Below are positions 10,150 through 19,268 of a DNA stretch of 64,000 nucleotides, one piece after another. Source of the stretch: Spirochaetae bacterium HGW-Spirochaetae-5. Its GTDB lineage: Bacteria; Spirochaetota; UBA4802; UBA5550. Position 1 is the stretch's first letter, and the number at the start of each line of letters is the position of its first letter. The notes under the pieces were generated by a model. It was given only the letters and a program-made list of their open reading frames with translations. It did no database searches and was not told the DNA's origin. The stretch is taken from the NCBI GenBank assembly GCA_002839285.1, contig PGXT01000001.1, positions 80,112 through 144,111 on the forward strand, written 5' to 3'. The position numbers and the translations under genes are program-made.

Positions 10150-11958
10150 ATGATTATGGATCCTGAAAAAATAAAAGATATGCTGTCCCGTCTCCCTCAT
10201 GAACCGGGTGTTTACCTTATGCTTGGAAGTGACGGGGCAATTATATATATCGGAAAAGCTAATTCCCTGAAAAAAAGGGTCACATCGTATTTCCAGAAAA
10301 AAGATCACGATCCGAAAACATCCATACTTGTAAAAAATATTTCGGATATAGAATACATTGTAACAGATACCGAAATCGAAGCGCTCCTCTTTGAGAGCAA
10401 CCTGATAAAAAAACACAAACCGAAATTCAATGTCCGCCTGAAAGATGACAAGAGATATCCATATATTGCAGTAACAATGAATGAAGAGTACCCGAGAGTA
10501 ATCTACACAAGATATATCAACAGAAATACAGATAAATATTTCGGTCCATATACAGATGCACGGGCGGCAAAAAACAGCGCCGCAATGATAAACAATCTTT
10601 TTAAACTCAAAACATGCAGACGACCGCTCCCCCTTAAGGATGACGAAAGGCCATGCATCAATTACCAGATAAAAAAGTGTTCCGGCGCATGCCGGGGGAT
10701 TATTACTAAGGAAGAGTACCGCTCTCTCATTGATGATGCTGTGAATTTTCTTGAAGGTAATATCGACCCTGTGATGAACAGTCTAAACAGCAGGATGAAG
10801 GAGTATTCTGAGAAAATGAATTTTGAAAAAGCCGCATCGGTCAGAGATATTATTTACGACATTCAGAAGATTTCACAGACACAGAGTGTTGATATACCAA
10901 CGGTTATTGATCAGGACTGCATCAGCACCGGAATCTTCGGCGGTGAGGCGATTGTTGTACTCTTTGAATTCAGGCACGGAATTCTTACCGGGAGAAAAAT
11001 CAATATTTTTGACAACGCGGAGTATTCCACTCCTGAAGAAATTCTACGGATTTTTATTCTCGATTACTACAGGGATAAAGAAATTCCCGGGAGAGTTGTA
11101 ACGGAATATGGAGTTCCCGATTATAAACTAATTGCGGAACATCTCTCGGAGAAGAGCGGAAAGAAAATTTCACTTGTTCAGGCGGGTTCACAGGATGACA
11201 AGGGGATTATGAGCATGATACGGAAGAATATCGATATAATTGCGGCTGACAGGAAGTCGACGGAAGAGAATAATCCTGCGGCAGGTCTTCTGGAGCTTAA
11301 AGACACTCTGGCCCTGAATAGTGAACCCGACGTAATGGAGTGTTTCGATATTTCAAATTTTCAGGGTACAGATTCAGTTGCGTCAATGGTTCAATTCCGG
11401 CTGGGGAGAGCCGACAAGAGCAATTACCGGAGATATAAAATCAGAGGTTACGAATCATCCAATGATCCGGGGATGATTCACGAAGCAGTTTCAAGGAGAC
11501 TGCAGTATCTGGTAAACGAAAATCTGGAGCTGCCCGATCTTATTGTAATAGACGGCGGTCCCACTCAGCTGACAAGGGCAATTGAAGCGGCGGCAAATTT
11601 TAACCTGGATATCAATATTATATCAGTTGCAAAAAGATTTGAAGAGATCTATACGGCCCCGGATACCACTCCGATCAGACTGCCCGAGAACTCCCCTGCC
11701 CTTAAACTTATTCAGCGGCTGCGCGACGAAGCTCACCGTTTTGCAGTTACCTATCACAGGAATCTGCGGGACAAAAAACTCACATCTTCAGTACTGGATA
11801 AAATTCCCGATATTGGTGATAAAACAAAAAAACTCCTTCTTAAACATTTCGGTTCAGTGGAACAGATAAGCGAGGCAACTCTGGAAGAACTGGCATCTGC
11901 AGAGGGGATTGGAGATAAAACTGCACGGAAGATTTACGATTTTTTCAGGAATAGATGA
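10150..11958 (+). CDS. uvrC: excinuclease ABC subunit C
   Basis: GIY-YIG (PGVYLM..YIGKANSLKKRV), ECFDISN, PDLIVIDGG, RDEAHRFA, C-terminal HhH. Confidence 0.97.
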   Translation: MIMDPEKIKDMLSRLPHEPGVYLMLGSDGAIIYIGKANSLKKRVTSYFQKKDHDPKTSILVKNISDIEYIVTDTEIEALLFESNLIKKHKPKFNVRLKDDKRYPYIAVTMNEEYPRVIYTRYINRNTDKYFGPYTDARAAKNSAAMINNLFKLKTCRRPLPLKDDERPCINYQIKKCSGACRGIITKEEYRSLIDDAVNFLEGNIDPVMNSLNSRMKEYSEKMNFEKAASVRDIIYDIQKISQTQSVDIPTVIDQDCISTGIFGGEAIVVLFEFRHGILTGRKINIFDNAEYSTPEEILRIFILDYYRDKEIPGRVVTEYGVPDYKLIAEHLSEKSGKKISLVQAGSQDDKGIMSMIRKNIDIIAADRKSTEENNPAAGLLELKDTLALNSEPDVMECFDISNFQGTDSVASMVQFRLGRADKSNYRRYKIRGYESSNDPGMIHEAVSRRLQYLVNENLELPDLIVIDGGPTQLTRAIEAAANFNLDINIISVAKRFEEIYTAPDTTPIRLPENSPALKLIQRLRDEAHRFAVTYHRNLRDKKLTSSVLDKIPDIGDKTKKLLLKHFGSVEQISEATLEELASAEGIGDKTARKIYDFFRNR

Positions 11959-12014
11959 CAAATAACGCTATTTTAAGAATGTTACAACATTTTCGATTAA
12001 ATTGAACAACCTTA

Positions 12015-12090
12015 CCCTTCGGCTCCGCTCAGGGAGCGGTATCTGAGCTGACCGCGCAACATATATTCTGGCTGAGCGGAGCCGAAGCCT
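12015..12090. repeat. REP-like inverted repeat (cttcggctccgctcag / ctgagcggagccgaag)
   Basis: 16-bp perfect inverted repeat downstream of uvrC. Confidence 0.6.
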
Positions 12091-12352
12091 GAAATGAGAT
12101 GATTACCGGGTCGCTGCCTTGATAATACCTCATTTCAGGCGTTTGCAAAGCATACGCACCTCCGATAAAATTACGCGGCTTACTTATGAGTTACTGAAAT
12201 TTATAACTGCTCAAAAACTAGTGAAATTCCTCTCCGGCGCGGAGGAAAGCAATTTCACCACCAATTTATGAGTAGTTACTGAAATTTTTTCTTTTGATAT
12301 ACTATTTTTCTTTACAAGCTGAACGGTTCTGTATTATTTGTTTTTATTAACT

Positions 12353-12426
12353 CGGGGCGTAGCGCAGCCCGGTAGCGTACTTGAATGGGGTTCAAGTGGT
12401 CGGAGGTTCGAATCCTCTCGCCCCGA
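12353..12426 (+). tRNA. tRNA-Pro(GGG), prophage integration target; CCA not encoded
   Basis: Cloverleaf: CGGGGCG/CGCCCCG acceptor stem, CTTGA-ATGGGGT-TCAAG anticodon arm, GGAGG-TTCGAAT-CCTCT T arm. Confidence 0.95.
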
Positions 12427-12429
12427 ATA
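12383..12429 (+). repeat. attL core (47 bp)
   Basis: gaatggggttcaagtggtcggaggttcgaatcctctcgccccgaata is identical to 53116-53162. Confidence 0.95.
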
Positions 12430-12463
12430 GAAAGCTCTGATTATATCAGGGCTTTCTCGTTTT
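12430..12463 (+). terminator. phage-supplied tRNA terminator
   Basis: gaaagctctgat-tat-atcagggctttc hairpin followed by T's; resembles the host hairpin at 53163-53197. Confidence 0.7.
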
Positions 12464-12465
12464 TA

Positions 12466-12516
12466 CGCATAACGCACTGTTAGTCCCACTACTTTCGTTG
12501 CACATATATTGCACAG
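12466..12516 (+). promoter_or_regulatory. putative integrase arm-type sites, left
   Basis: cgcataacgcac (12466-12477) and tttcgttgcacatatattgcacag (12493-12516) recur near the right end. Confidence 0.6.
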
Positions 12517-12517
12517 C

Positions 12518-13600
12518 CTAAATAACACGTTTAATCTTTACTACATTATCCATTCTACCTGCTTTTTCCTGAAGATCGTGTCTGGAGAACATGGCATATC
12601 TTTTTTGTGTTGTCTGAATAGACTCATGCCCTAATAAGCTCTGAATATCTTCAAGACTTACACCCTGATCAAGTAGAGTCTGAGCATAAATATGACGCAG
12701 GTCATGAAAATGCAGGTCTGTACCATCACTTATTTTTCTGAAAGAAATCATATTCAAAAGCTTACCCCACTGTTTCCGGAGAATGTTATCAGTATATTCT
12801 CCAACAACCAGAGAACTGTTATTCTTCATAGAAGACAGTATCTCCATTGCTGCAGGAGTTATGGGAACAATCCTTGCCTTTTTGGATTTAGTCTTGTGAG
12901 CTGAAAGCCTTATAAAGCGCGAATCAAAATGCACTTCAGACCAATCAAGAGTGAGTATCTCTTTTTTTCTCATACCGGTCAAAAGAGCGATTACAATAAC
13001 ATTATAAAACTGTCTGTCGATTGTTTGCGCCTTGAGTAAAAACTCTTCAAGCTGCTCCCTTGATATCCTGACTTCGCGCTCGTTATTTTCTTTAAGTTTA
13101 GTCAGAGCAACCGGATTGATAGTGTTGATATATTCCTTACGTATGCAGTATGAAAAGAACGAAGAAAGGCAGGCCAGATCCCGATTGATTGTAGCATTGC
13201 TCACCTTACCTTTTACCCTGGTATTAGCATGTAATGCAAAGACCTTATTCCTTCTCCACGTAATGAAATCATCAACATGCGATCGTCTGAAATCAGAGAG
13301 TAAAATATTCTTAAAGCAGCTTTTAAACCTCAGTATGGATCTTGATTCGGCATTTAAAGCTTTTGCAGATTTATTTTGCTCCACATGTATTAAATATTCA
13401 TCTAAAATTTCAAAGAACTTGAACTGCTTTGTTACGCCTAAAAGAATTTTACCTTCCCATTCCCTGAAGAGTGCATCCACCGCAGATTTACGGCACGTGA
13501 CAACCTTCCGAAACTGATCCCCCTTAAATCTGATATAGAACTGATATTTTATATAACCCTTTTCTACACCGGACTGGTCTGTTACTTCTTTGTAGCCCAT
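12518..13600 (-). CDS. int: phage tyrosine integrase
   Basis: TGMRKKE (R), KTK (K), FHDLRH, LLGH, RYA catalytic motifs; adjacent to attL. Confidence 0.95.
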   Translation of the reverse strand: MGYKEVTDQSGVEKGYIKYQFYIRFKGDQFRKVVTCRKSAVDALFREWEGKILLGVTKQFKFFEILDEYLIHVEQNKSAKALNAESRSILRFKSCFKNILLSDFRRSHVDDFITWRRNKVFALHANTRVKGKVSNATINRDLACLSSFFSYCIRKEYINTINPVALTKLKENNEREVRISREQLEEFLLKAQTIDRQFYNVIVIALLTGMRKKEILTLDWSEVHFDSRFIRLSAHKTKSKKARIVPITPAAMEILSSMKNNSSLVVGEYTDNILRKQWGKLLNMISFRKISDGTDLHFHDLRHIYAQTLLDQGVSLEDIQSLLGHESIQTTQKRYAMFSRHDLQEKAGRMDNVVKIKRVI

Positions 13601-13679
13601 TTAAACCCTCCTGTACTGCAAAAGAGGGCACATTGTGATATGGTCACAATATGGCCCTCTTATAATGTTTCGTCAATAT

Positions 13680-13862
13680 TTATTTGACCAGGTGATTATG
13701 TTTGATTGCTGCAATAACCTCTTCCGGATCGAAGAGATATGACTTTTTAGACGGTGAGTATGCCGGGATCTTCTTCTCCCTCACCATCTTGCGGATTGTC
13801 CAGATGGGAACTCCGATTATTTCTGAAAGTTTATCTGATGTAACCAATTGACTCATTGACAC
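13680..13862 (-). CDS. excisionase / HTH_17 DNA-binding protein
   Basis: 60 aa, LSEIIGVPIWTIRKMVREKKIPAY, upstream of int. Confidence 0.75.
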   Translation of the reverse strand: MSMSQLVTSDKLSEIIGVPIWTIRKMVREKKIPAYSPSKKSYLFDPEEVIAAIKHNHLVK

Positions 13863-13910
13863 TCCTCCTGTTTCAATTTATGGACTGATAATCCAATACA
13901 CTGAAACATG

Positions 13911-13960
13911 TCAACTTAAATACGGTTAATATAAATATTTTCCAACGATAAACCGGTTAA
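13911..13960. promoter_or_regulatory. two putative repressor operators (YYAAC-N9-GTTAA), the first overlapping the TTGACA upstream of xis
   Basis: TCAAC-ttaaatacg-GTTAA at 13911-13929, CCAAC-gataaaccg-GTTAA at 13942-13960; same pattern at 14671-14689. Confidence 0.5.
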
Positions 13961-14213
13961 AAATTGGTTTAATATATTTTTAGCAATTAATAACTTTTTT
14001 GAAACATTAATTTACCTATTTTTACTGACATTCGACACTATATTTTTTAATAAAATATTGAATATACAAATATGTTATATTTGTTAACAGTCGGTGAAGC
14101 AAGGAGGCTCACCTATCCTAATTTAGTCAGGAGTTAATTCATGGATGAATTAAAATCAACCAACCCAAAATTAAGCTTTTACCTTGATAAAATAATTGAT
14201 GTTCTAAAACTAA

Positions 14214-14606
14214 TTAAAGAGAGCGTCTCTCCTCAAGACTCTTCTCCATATTTTGCTTGTACTGATCCAGAGTTGACTGCATCATCTCTACTATCTGAAG
14301 AACATTCTCCATGATCTTCACCTGGATATCTTCCGGCATATGTTCAACGAGCTGAGCAATTGTAATCCATCGCGGATCAACCCCGGTAATATTCTTAAAG
14401 TCGGTATCATTTATAAAAAATCGATAAAGCGGTAGTTCCGGTGCGACCTTCTCAATATAATTTGCAATAACGTCTATCTGCGGAGAATGATTTCGTTCAA
14501 TATTTGACAATGTAGTCTGAGGGAGATCCATCATCTTTGCACATACGGTCTGAGACAGACCTTTATCCTCTCTTAGTTTTCTTAATTTCAAACCATAATG
14601 TTCCAT
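14214..14606 (-). CDS. XRE-family HTH repressor (CI-like, no peptidase domain)
   Basis: LRKLREDKGLSQTVCAKMMDLPQTTLSNIER; divergent from the early lytic operon. Confidence 0.8.
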   Translation of the reverse strand: MEHYGLKLRKLREDKGLSQTVCAKMMDLPQTTLSNIERNHSPQIDVIANYIEKVAPELPLYRFFINDTDFKNITGVDPRWITIAQLVEHMPEDIQVKIMENVLQIVEMMQSTLDQYKQNMEKSLEERRSL

Positions 14607-14627
14607 TCATTTAACCTCTCGATGTAT

Positions 14628-14742
14628 ATTCTAATCTTATTTCGGAATAAATCAATAAAAATTTAGCTATTTAACCAATTTTTCGTTGACTTTTAACATT
14701 ATTTCCGCTTAACAGTTTACAAACTAATTTTATAATGGTTAA
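14628..14742. promoter_or_regulatory. divergent immunity-region promoters and operator
   Basis: Minus strand TTGATT-16-TAGAAT; plus strand TTAACA-16-TATAAT (14709-14736); operator TTAAC-N9-GTTGA at 14671-14689. Confidence 0.5.
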
Positions 14743-14747
14743 AATGT

Positions 14748-14912
14748 ATGGATATTAAAATCAAAACACGTAAAGTCACACGCAGTTTCTATATCCCCAT
14801 CACAATTCTTGATGAGGTCGAGGAGATTACACGACCAGCTAAAGGGATGAATGTTAACAAAGCTGTAAACGAAGGTTTAGTATTATGGCTAAAAAAACAA
14901 AAGGAGGATTAG
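14748..14912 (+). CDS. 54-aa ribbon-helix-helix protein in the Cro position
   Basis: Read by eye: MDIKIKTRKVTRSFYIPITILDEVEEITRPAKGMNVNKAVNEGLVLWLKKQKED, a beta-strand plus two helices pattern. Confidence 0.6.
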   Translation: MDIKIKTRKVTRSFYIPITILDEVEEITRPAKGMNVNKAVNEGLVLWLKKQKED

Positions 14913-14919
14913 TATACCA

Positions 14920-15744
14920 ATGAATGACCTTCAAATCTTCAATTACGAATCAAAACAAATCCGCACAGTAATAATAAACAATGAACCCTGGTGGGTTGCT
15001 AAAGATGTATGTGATATTCTTGAATTAAACAATATCACAGAATCATTAAGAAGAATTGATCCATCCGACCTGACTTCAATTAAATTGAACTCAGGTGGCC
15101 AGAATAGGGAAATGATGATTGTTAACGAATCCGGCCTTTATTCTCTAATTCTCAGATCAAACAAACCCGAAGCAAAAAACTTTAGAAAATGGATCACCTC
15201 TGAAGTTCTCCCCTCCATACGTAAAACCGGACAGTACAACATAGAAACAGATCCCTCAAAGTTAATAGCACAGGCCGTACTTGTTGCTAACAGAATCCTG
15301 GAAGAACAGAGGCCCCTTGTCGAATTTGCAAAGTCAGTGAGAGAATCAAAAAACGGAGTACTTGTCCGTCATCTTGCAAAGAACCTACGCCCGGCGACCG
15401 GAGAAAAACGTTTATACGAATGGTTAAGGCAGAATAAAATAATTATGCCTGAGTCTACTGAACCATATCAGCAATACATCGACAGCGGATATTTTGAAAT
15501 GAGAGAGAATGTCTTCGATGTTCCCGAAGGTGGAAAGCATATCTCATATACCTCGCTTGTAACCGGTAAAGGACAGATCTATATCGAAAAAAAATGGAGA
15601 GAACAGCATGAACGACCTTCATTCAGCAATTCAAAACATCCGGAGAACTTTAAACATACAGGTTCAGAAAGGGAACCGGAACGCGGAGTTCCTGCTCTTA
15701 CATCTTCCGGACATAAAAAGATTAAAGAGGAGGCCTTAAACTGA
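14920..15744 (+). CDS. phage antirepressor (BRO-N + ANT/KilA-C)
   Basis: IRTVIINNEPWWVAKDVC..NESGLYSLILRS.KPEAK.FRKWITSEVLPSIRKTG; C-terminal GEKRLYEWLR..PYQQYID..VTGKGQ. Confidence 0.9.
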   Translation: MNDLQIFNYESKQIRTVIINNEPWWVAKDVCDILELNNITESLRRIDPSDLTSIKLNSGGQNREMMIVNESGLYSLILRSNKPEAKNFRKWITSEVLPSIRKTGQYNIETDPSKLIAQAVLVANRILEEQRPLVEFAKSVRESKNGVLVRHLAKNLRPATGEKRLYEWLRQNKIIMPESTEPYQQYIDSGYFEMRENVFDVPEGGKHISYTSLVTGKGQIYIEKKWREQHERPSFSNSKHPENFKHTGSEREPERGVPALTSSGHKKIKEEALN

Positions 15745-15902
15745 TGAATACACGTTTTGATCGAGGTGCATACAACACATCAAACTCAAAATGTAAAGTA
15801 TGCAAAAACCCGGCAGTACAGCCTTTTACTGAAGGAAAACCGTATTGCGTAAGGTGTAATATTTCAATTCCTGAATGGATGATATCCGGGAGGGGACGAT
15901 GA
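15744..15902 (+). CDS. small zinc-finger protein (52 aa, CKVC...CVRC)
   Basis: Read by eye; GAGGAGG RBS; start overlaps the antirepressor stop. Confidence 0.55.
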   Translation: MNTRFDRGAYNTSNSKCKVCKNPAVQPFTEGKPYCVRCNISIPEWMISGRGR

Positions 15903-15996
15903 TCATTAAAACAACAATACCTCTTCATGGAGATACACCCAGTCTTATTAAACGTGAAAACGGAATTACATATTATTATTACAGGAAGGTGAAGTA

Positions 15997-16821
15997 ATGA
16001 CCGGAATTGTAAAATCGGAACAGAATGAAATAATTACTCCTGAGAAGATTAGTGAATACATGAATGTATTCGGAATAGCTGCAAATCTCACAGACATTGA
16101 AAAGAGACAGTTTACCGAAATTGCAACTGCTTATCAGCTGAACCCCTTCAAGCGGGAGATATACTGCATCCCCTATATGAGCAACGTACAGAAGCCTGAT
16201 GGCACCTGGGAGAAAGAACGGAAGCTATCAATCATTACCGGGTATGAAACGTATCTAAAGCGAGCTGAAAGGCTTGGCCGGTTGAACGGGTGGAATGTCC
16301 AGGTTGCAGGAGATGGAGACAAGCGCGTTGCCAGGATCACAATTCACCGTAAAGATTGGGAACATCCATTCACCCATGATGTACACCTTTCTGAGTACAA
16401 AGAGAATAATAAAATGTGGAAAGAGAAACCGATGACCATGCTGAAGAAAGTGGCAATGGCTCAGGGATTCAGACTTGCCTTCCCGGATGAGATGGGGGGA
16501 CTTCCATATGCCGAAGAGGAGCTTCCCGATACAATGACAAAAGAAACGAAGCTGCCGGAGCCCTCCTCTCCTCCGCCGCCGGATGTTACGCCCGATGCAC
16601 TGAAGAATAATAAAGGTGAGATTGAGCTTGAAAACGGAGATCATAAAGAGACCATGAAGAGACTCGGGAAATGTAGAAATGAAATTCACATTCAGACATT
16701 TCTTAAGCTTAGAGAGAAACGTATCTGGACCGGGGAGGAACTTAAAGAGCAGGATAACTTTATCTCAATCCTTAGAGATCAATGGAAAGCTGAAGCAGAT
16801 GCAGCAAAGAATATGAAATAA
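15997..16821 (+). CDS. single-strand annealing recombinase (Bet/RecT family)
   Basis: QLNPFKREIYCI, ITGYETYLKRAE, MWKEKPMTMLKKVAMAQGFRLAFP. Confidence 0.85.
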   Translation: MTGIVKSEQNEIITPEKISEYMNVFGIAANLTDIEKRQFTEIATAYQLNPFKREIYCIPYMSNVQKPDGTWEKERKLSIITGYETYLKRAERLGRLNGWNVQVAGDGDKRVARITIHRKDWEHPFTHDVHLSEYKENNKMWKEKPMTMLKKVAMAQGFRLAFPDEMGGLPYAEEELPDTMTKETKLPEPSSPPPPDVTPDALKNNKGEIELENGDHKETMKRLGKCRNEIHIQTFLKLREKRIWTGEELKEQDNFISILRDQWKAEADAAKNMK

Positions 16822-16834
16822 GGAGACATAACCA

Positions 16835-17284
16835 GTGGATACTTTATCAGAAATCAGAATAAACAATGTAACCCTGTCCGATTTAGGGAACAATCCAAAC
16901 ACCTTCCCTGAAGAGGTAATATGCGCCGGTCTCGATGTAATCAAAGATATCAAATTAAAACTTAGAGAGATTGAACAGAACATGACAGCCAATCTGATCA
17001 ATCGAATGAGAGAGGACAATGCAACAAAGATCCGATTTATAAACCCCCGGGGAGAAGAGAGAACTCTTACCCTGAAAAATGCGTCTCCAAAGCTTAACGG
17101 TGATATTAAAGATCCTGAAGTATTTATCAGAAATTCAGGATTCATTCCGGAAGCTCTTGGTGAATATAAATTCGTTCCTTTTTCATGGGGAAAGATCAAG
17201 GAGCTGCGGAAACAGGGCGGAAACATTCAGCTGGTATGTGACGAGCTTTATAAAGCAGGTCAACCGAGTATCGAGATTAAGTGA
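16835..17284 (+). CDS. phage hypothetical protein
   Basis: 149-aa ORF with AGGAG RBS in the early operon. Confidence 0.7.
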   Translation: MDTLSEIRINNVTLSDLGNNPNTFPEEVICAGLDVIKDIKLKLREIEQNMTANLINRMREDNATKIRFINPRGEERTLTLKNASPKLNGDIKDPEVFIRNSGFIPEALGEYKFVPFSWGKIKELRKQGGNIQLVCDELYKAGQPSIEIK

Positions 17285-17290
17285 GGATAA

Positions 17291-17938
17291 ATGGACGATA
17301 ATCGAAAATCATATTACGCCATAATCCCGGCCAATGTGAGATATGATAAACGGCTCTCACCAAATGCAAAACTCCTCTACGGGGAGATCACGGCTTTATG
17401 CAATGAAAAAGGTTACTGCTGGGCGAGTAATGCTTATTTTGCGAATCTCTATGATGTATCAAACAGGTCAATAACATCCTGGATGAAGAGTCTTAAAGAT
17501 CACGGATATATATCTATCGAAATTATATATCGCGAGGGTACGGAAGAAATTCTCCATAGGTATGTAAGAATTCTTCATGGGGGTATAGAAGAAAAACAGC
17601 ATACCCCTATAGAAGAAAACTTCCAGGATAATAATACAGTTATTAATAATACAATTAATACTACATGTGAAGAGGGGGAAAAGCGTAAACGCTTTATCCC
17701 ACCCACACATGAGGAAGTTGCAGAATACTGCAACAATAACCCCTACCCTATAAATATTGAATCATTTATAGATTTTTACGAAGCGAAGGGCTGGAAAGTT
17801 GGTAATACTAAAATGTCGGACTGGAAAGCTGCTGTAAGAAATTGGTACAGAAGAGATAAAGGTAAGCCGCCATCAAGAGCTAAACCGAGCATCGAGGAAA
17901 ATCTGGAACGATTCAGGAGGATGAGTGATGAATTATGA
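17291..17938 (+). CDS. phage replication initiator (N-terminal HTH, O-like)
   Basis: YYAIIPANVRYD.RLSPNAKLLYGEI..GYCWASNAYFA; C-terminal FIDFYEAKGWKVG..MSDWKAAVRNW. Confidence 0.85.
   Translation: MDDNRKSYYAIIPANVRYDKRLSPNAKLLYGEITALCNEKGYCWASNAYFANLYDVSNRSITSWMKSLKDHGYISIEIIYREGTEEILHRYVRILHGGIEEKQHTPIEENFQDNNTVINNTINTTCEEGEKRKRFIPPTHEEVAEYCNNNPYPINIESFIDFYEAKGWKVGNTKMSDWKAAVRNWYRRDKGKPPSRAKPSIEENLERFRRMSDEL
17539..17662. other. putative phage replication origin (4 degenerate iterons plus AT-rich tract)
   Basis: tatagaagaaaa-like repeats at 17539, 17561, 17584 and 17608, then ataataatacagttattaataatacaattaata. Confidence 0.55.
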
Positions 17939-18518
17939 AAAATTCATGACTGCTCTTGTGGAAGTTTACGGAGTCTATAATTCACCGATCCTGGAAAAGC
18001 TGACATTTAAATATATCAAGGAACGTTGGAGAGAATCAGAACTTGATGATGTGTTTAAAAGACTGATACTTGTAAAATCGGCGAAGTTCAAAACTCCCCC
18101 TGACCCTGCGGAGCTTGAAGAGCTTTTCTTTGCGAAGTCAGAAAAAGACTATGAAGCCGAAGCCCTGGGATGGTGGAGCATGATCACCCGTACAGGGAAC
18201 AGCCTTGATGATGTGATTATATCAGACATCCGGGCACAGTCAGCCATAGAAGATATGGGGGGATGGGCCCTGTTCTGCCAGAGAAACCCGGAGAACGAAC
18301 ACTTTCACCAGGCTAAATTTATTAAGTGGTTTATCATGTATAGTCAACACAAACCGGAGAGAGAAATGCAGATCTTAATCGGCGACAGCGTAAAGCGAAA
18401 AACTCCGCTGATGTTTGGAGATAAGGAGAAATGCAGACAGTTCTTACAGTTAACCGGGCATAACCCTTCACAGGTTTTAAAAATTGCAGATCAAATAACA
18501 AAGGAGATGAGAGTATAA
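17925..18518 (+). CDS. DUF6475-like putative helicase loader/inhibitor
   Basis: Follows the initiator; FKTPPDPAEL, D.RAQSAIEDMGGW pattern. Confidence 0.6.
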   Translation: MMNYEKFMTALVEVYGVYNSPILEKLTFKYIKERWRESELDDVFKRLILVKSAKFKTPPDPAELEELFFAKSEKDYEAEALGWWSMITRTGNSLDDVIISDIRAQSAIEDMGGWALFCQRNPENEHFHQAKFIKWFIMYSQHKPEREMQILIGDSVKRKTPLMFGDKEKCRQFLQLTGHNPSQVLKIADQITKEMRV

Positions 18519-18519
18519 T

Positions 18520-18963
18520 ATGGCAACAGATATAAACAGAGTCCTGATCATCGGAAGGCTTACGAGAGATCCCGAAATGAGATACACACCGGCCGGAACA
18601 GCGGTATGCAGCTTTGCAGTAGCGAACAGTAAAACATACTCACAGAATGGAGAAAAGAAAGAACAGGTTTCTTTTATCGATTGTGTAGCATGGGCTAAGC
18701 TTGCAGAGGTAATAGTCGAATACTGCAGAAAAGGTTACAGAGTGGCCATTGACGGAAAACTGGTTCAAAGAAGATGGCAGGATGACAGCGGAAATACCAG
18801 GTCAAAGCTCGAAGTCCAGGTTGAAAATATACAGTTACTTCAGGGAAAAACCGGAGAGACACAAAAGCAGCCTGCAGCAGAAACGGGTAATATGTTTAAC
18901 GGAACCGATGTTTCCGGAGAGGATTTTGAAAATCCTTTTGCAGATGATGACATTCCCTTCTGA
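18520..18963 (+). CDS. ssb: single-stranded DNA-binding protein
   Basis: NRVLIIGRLTRDPEMRYT...DDDIPF C-terminus. Confidence 0.95.
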   Translation: MATDINRVLIIGRLTRDPEMRYTPAGTAVCSFAVANSKTYSQNGEKKEQVSFIDCVAWAKLAEVIVEYCRKGYRVAIDGKLVQRRWQDDSGNTRSKLEVQVENIQLLQGKTGETQKQPAAETGNMFNGTDVSGEDFENPFADDDIPF

Positions 18964-18971
18964 GGTACTTA

Positions 18972-19265
18972 ATGAAAATCGAGAAGATTATTATCCGGAG
19001 AGGCAAAGGGGATTTTTTAAGAATCCCCGGAGTCTGCCTTATGTCAAAGGTCAGGTTTGATGACCAGGGTTTACCCTTCAGGGAGTATCATATAGATCCT
19101 GCACAGATTGAAACGATCATTGAAGGATATGAAAAACATGCTAAGTATTTGAATGACTACATCAAAAAACTTAGCAGAATGCTTGAGGAGAAGCGGCCGG
19201 ATCAATCAGAAATGAAGAATCAAATAGAAACCGGAAACAGATTCGGCGGCGGATATGGAGATTAA
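18972..19265 (+). CDS. phage hypothetical protein
   Basis: 97-aa ORF with GAGGT RBS, in operon. Confidence 0.6.
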   Translation: MKIEKIIIRRGKGDFLRIPGVCLMSKVRFDDQGLPFREYHIDPAQIETIIEGYEKHAKYLNDYIKKLSRMLEEKRPDQSEMKNQIETGNRFGGGYGD

Positions 19266-19268
19266 CAG

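Noticed and set aside
12518-13600. Integron integrase serving the attI/attC sites
   Set aside because: Lacks the IntI-specific insertion, sits at the tRNA attL and has ordinary phage-integrase features
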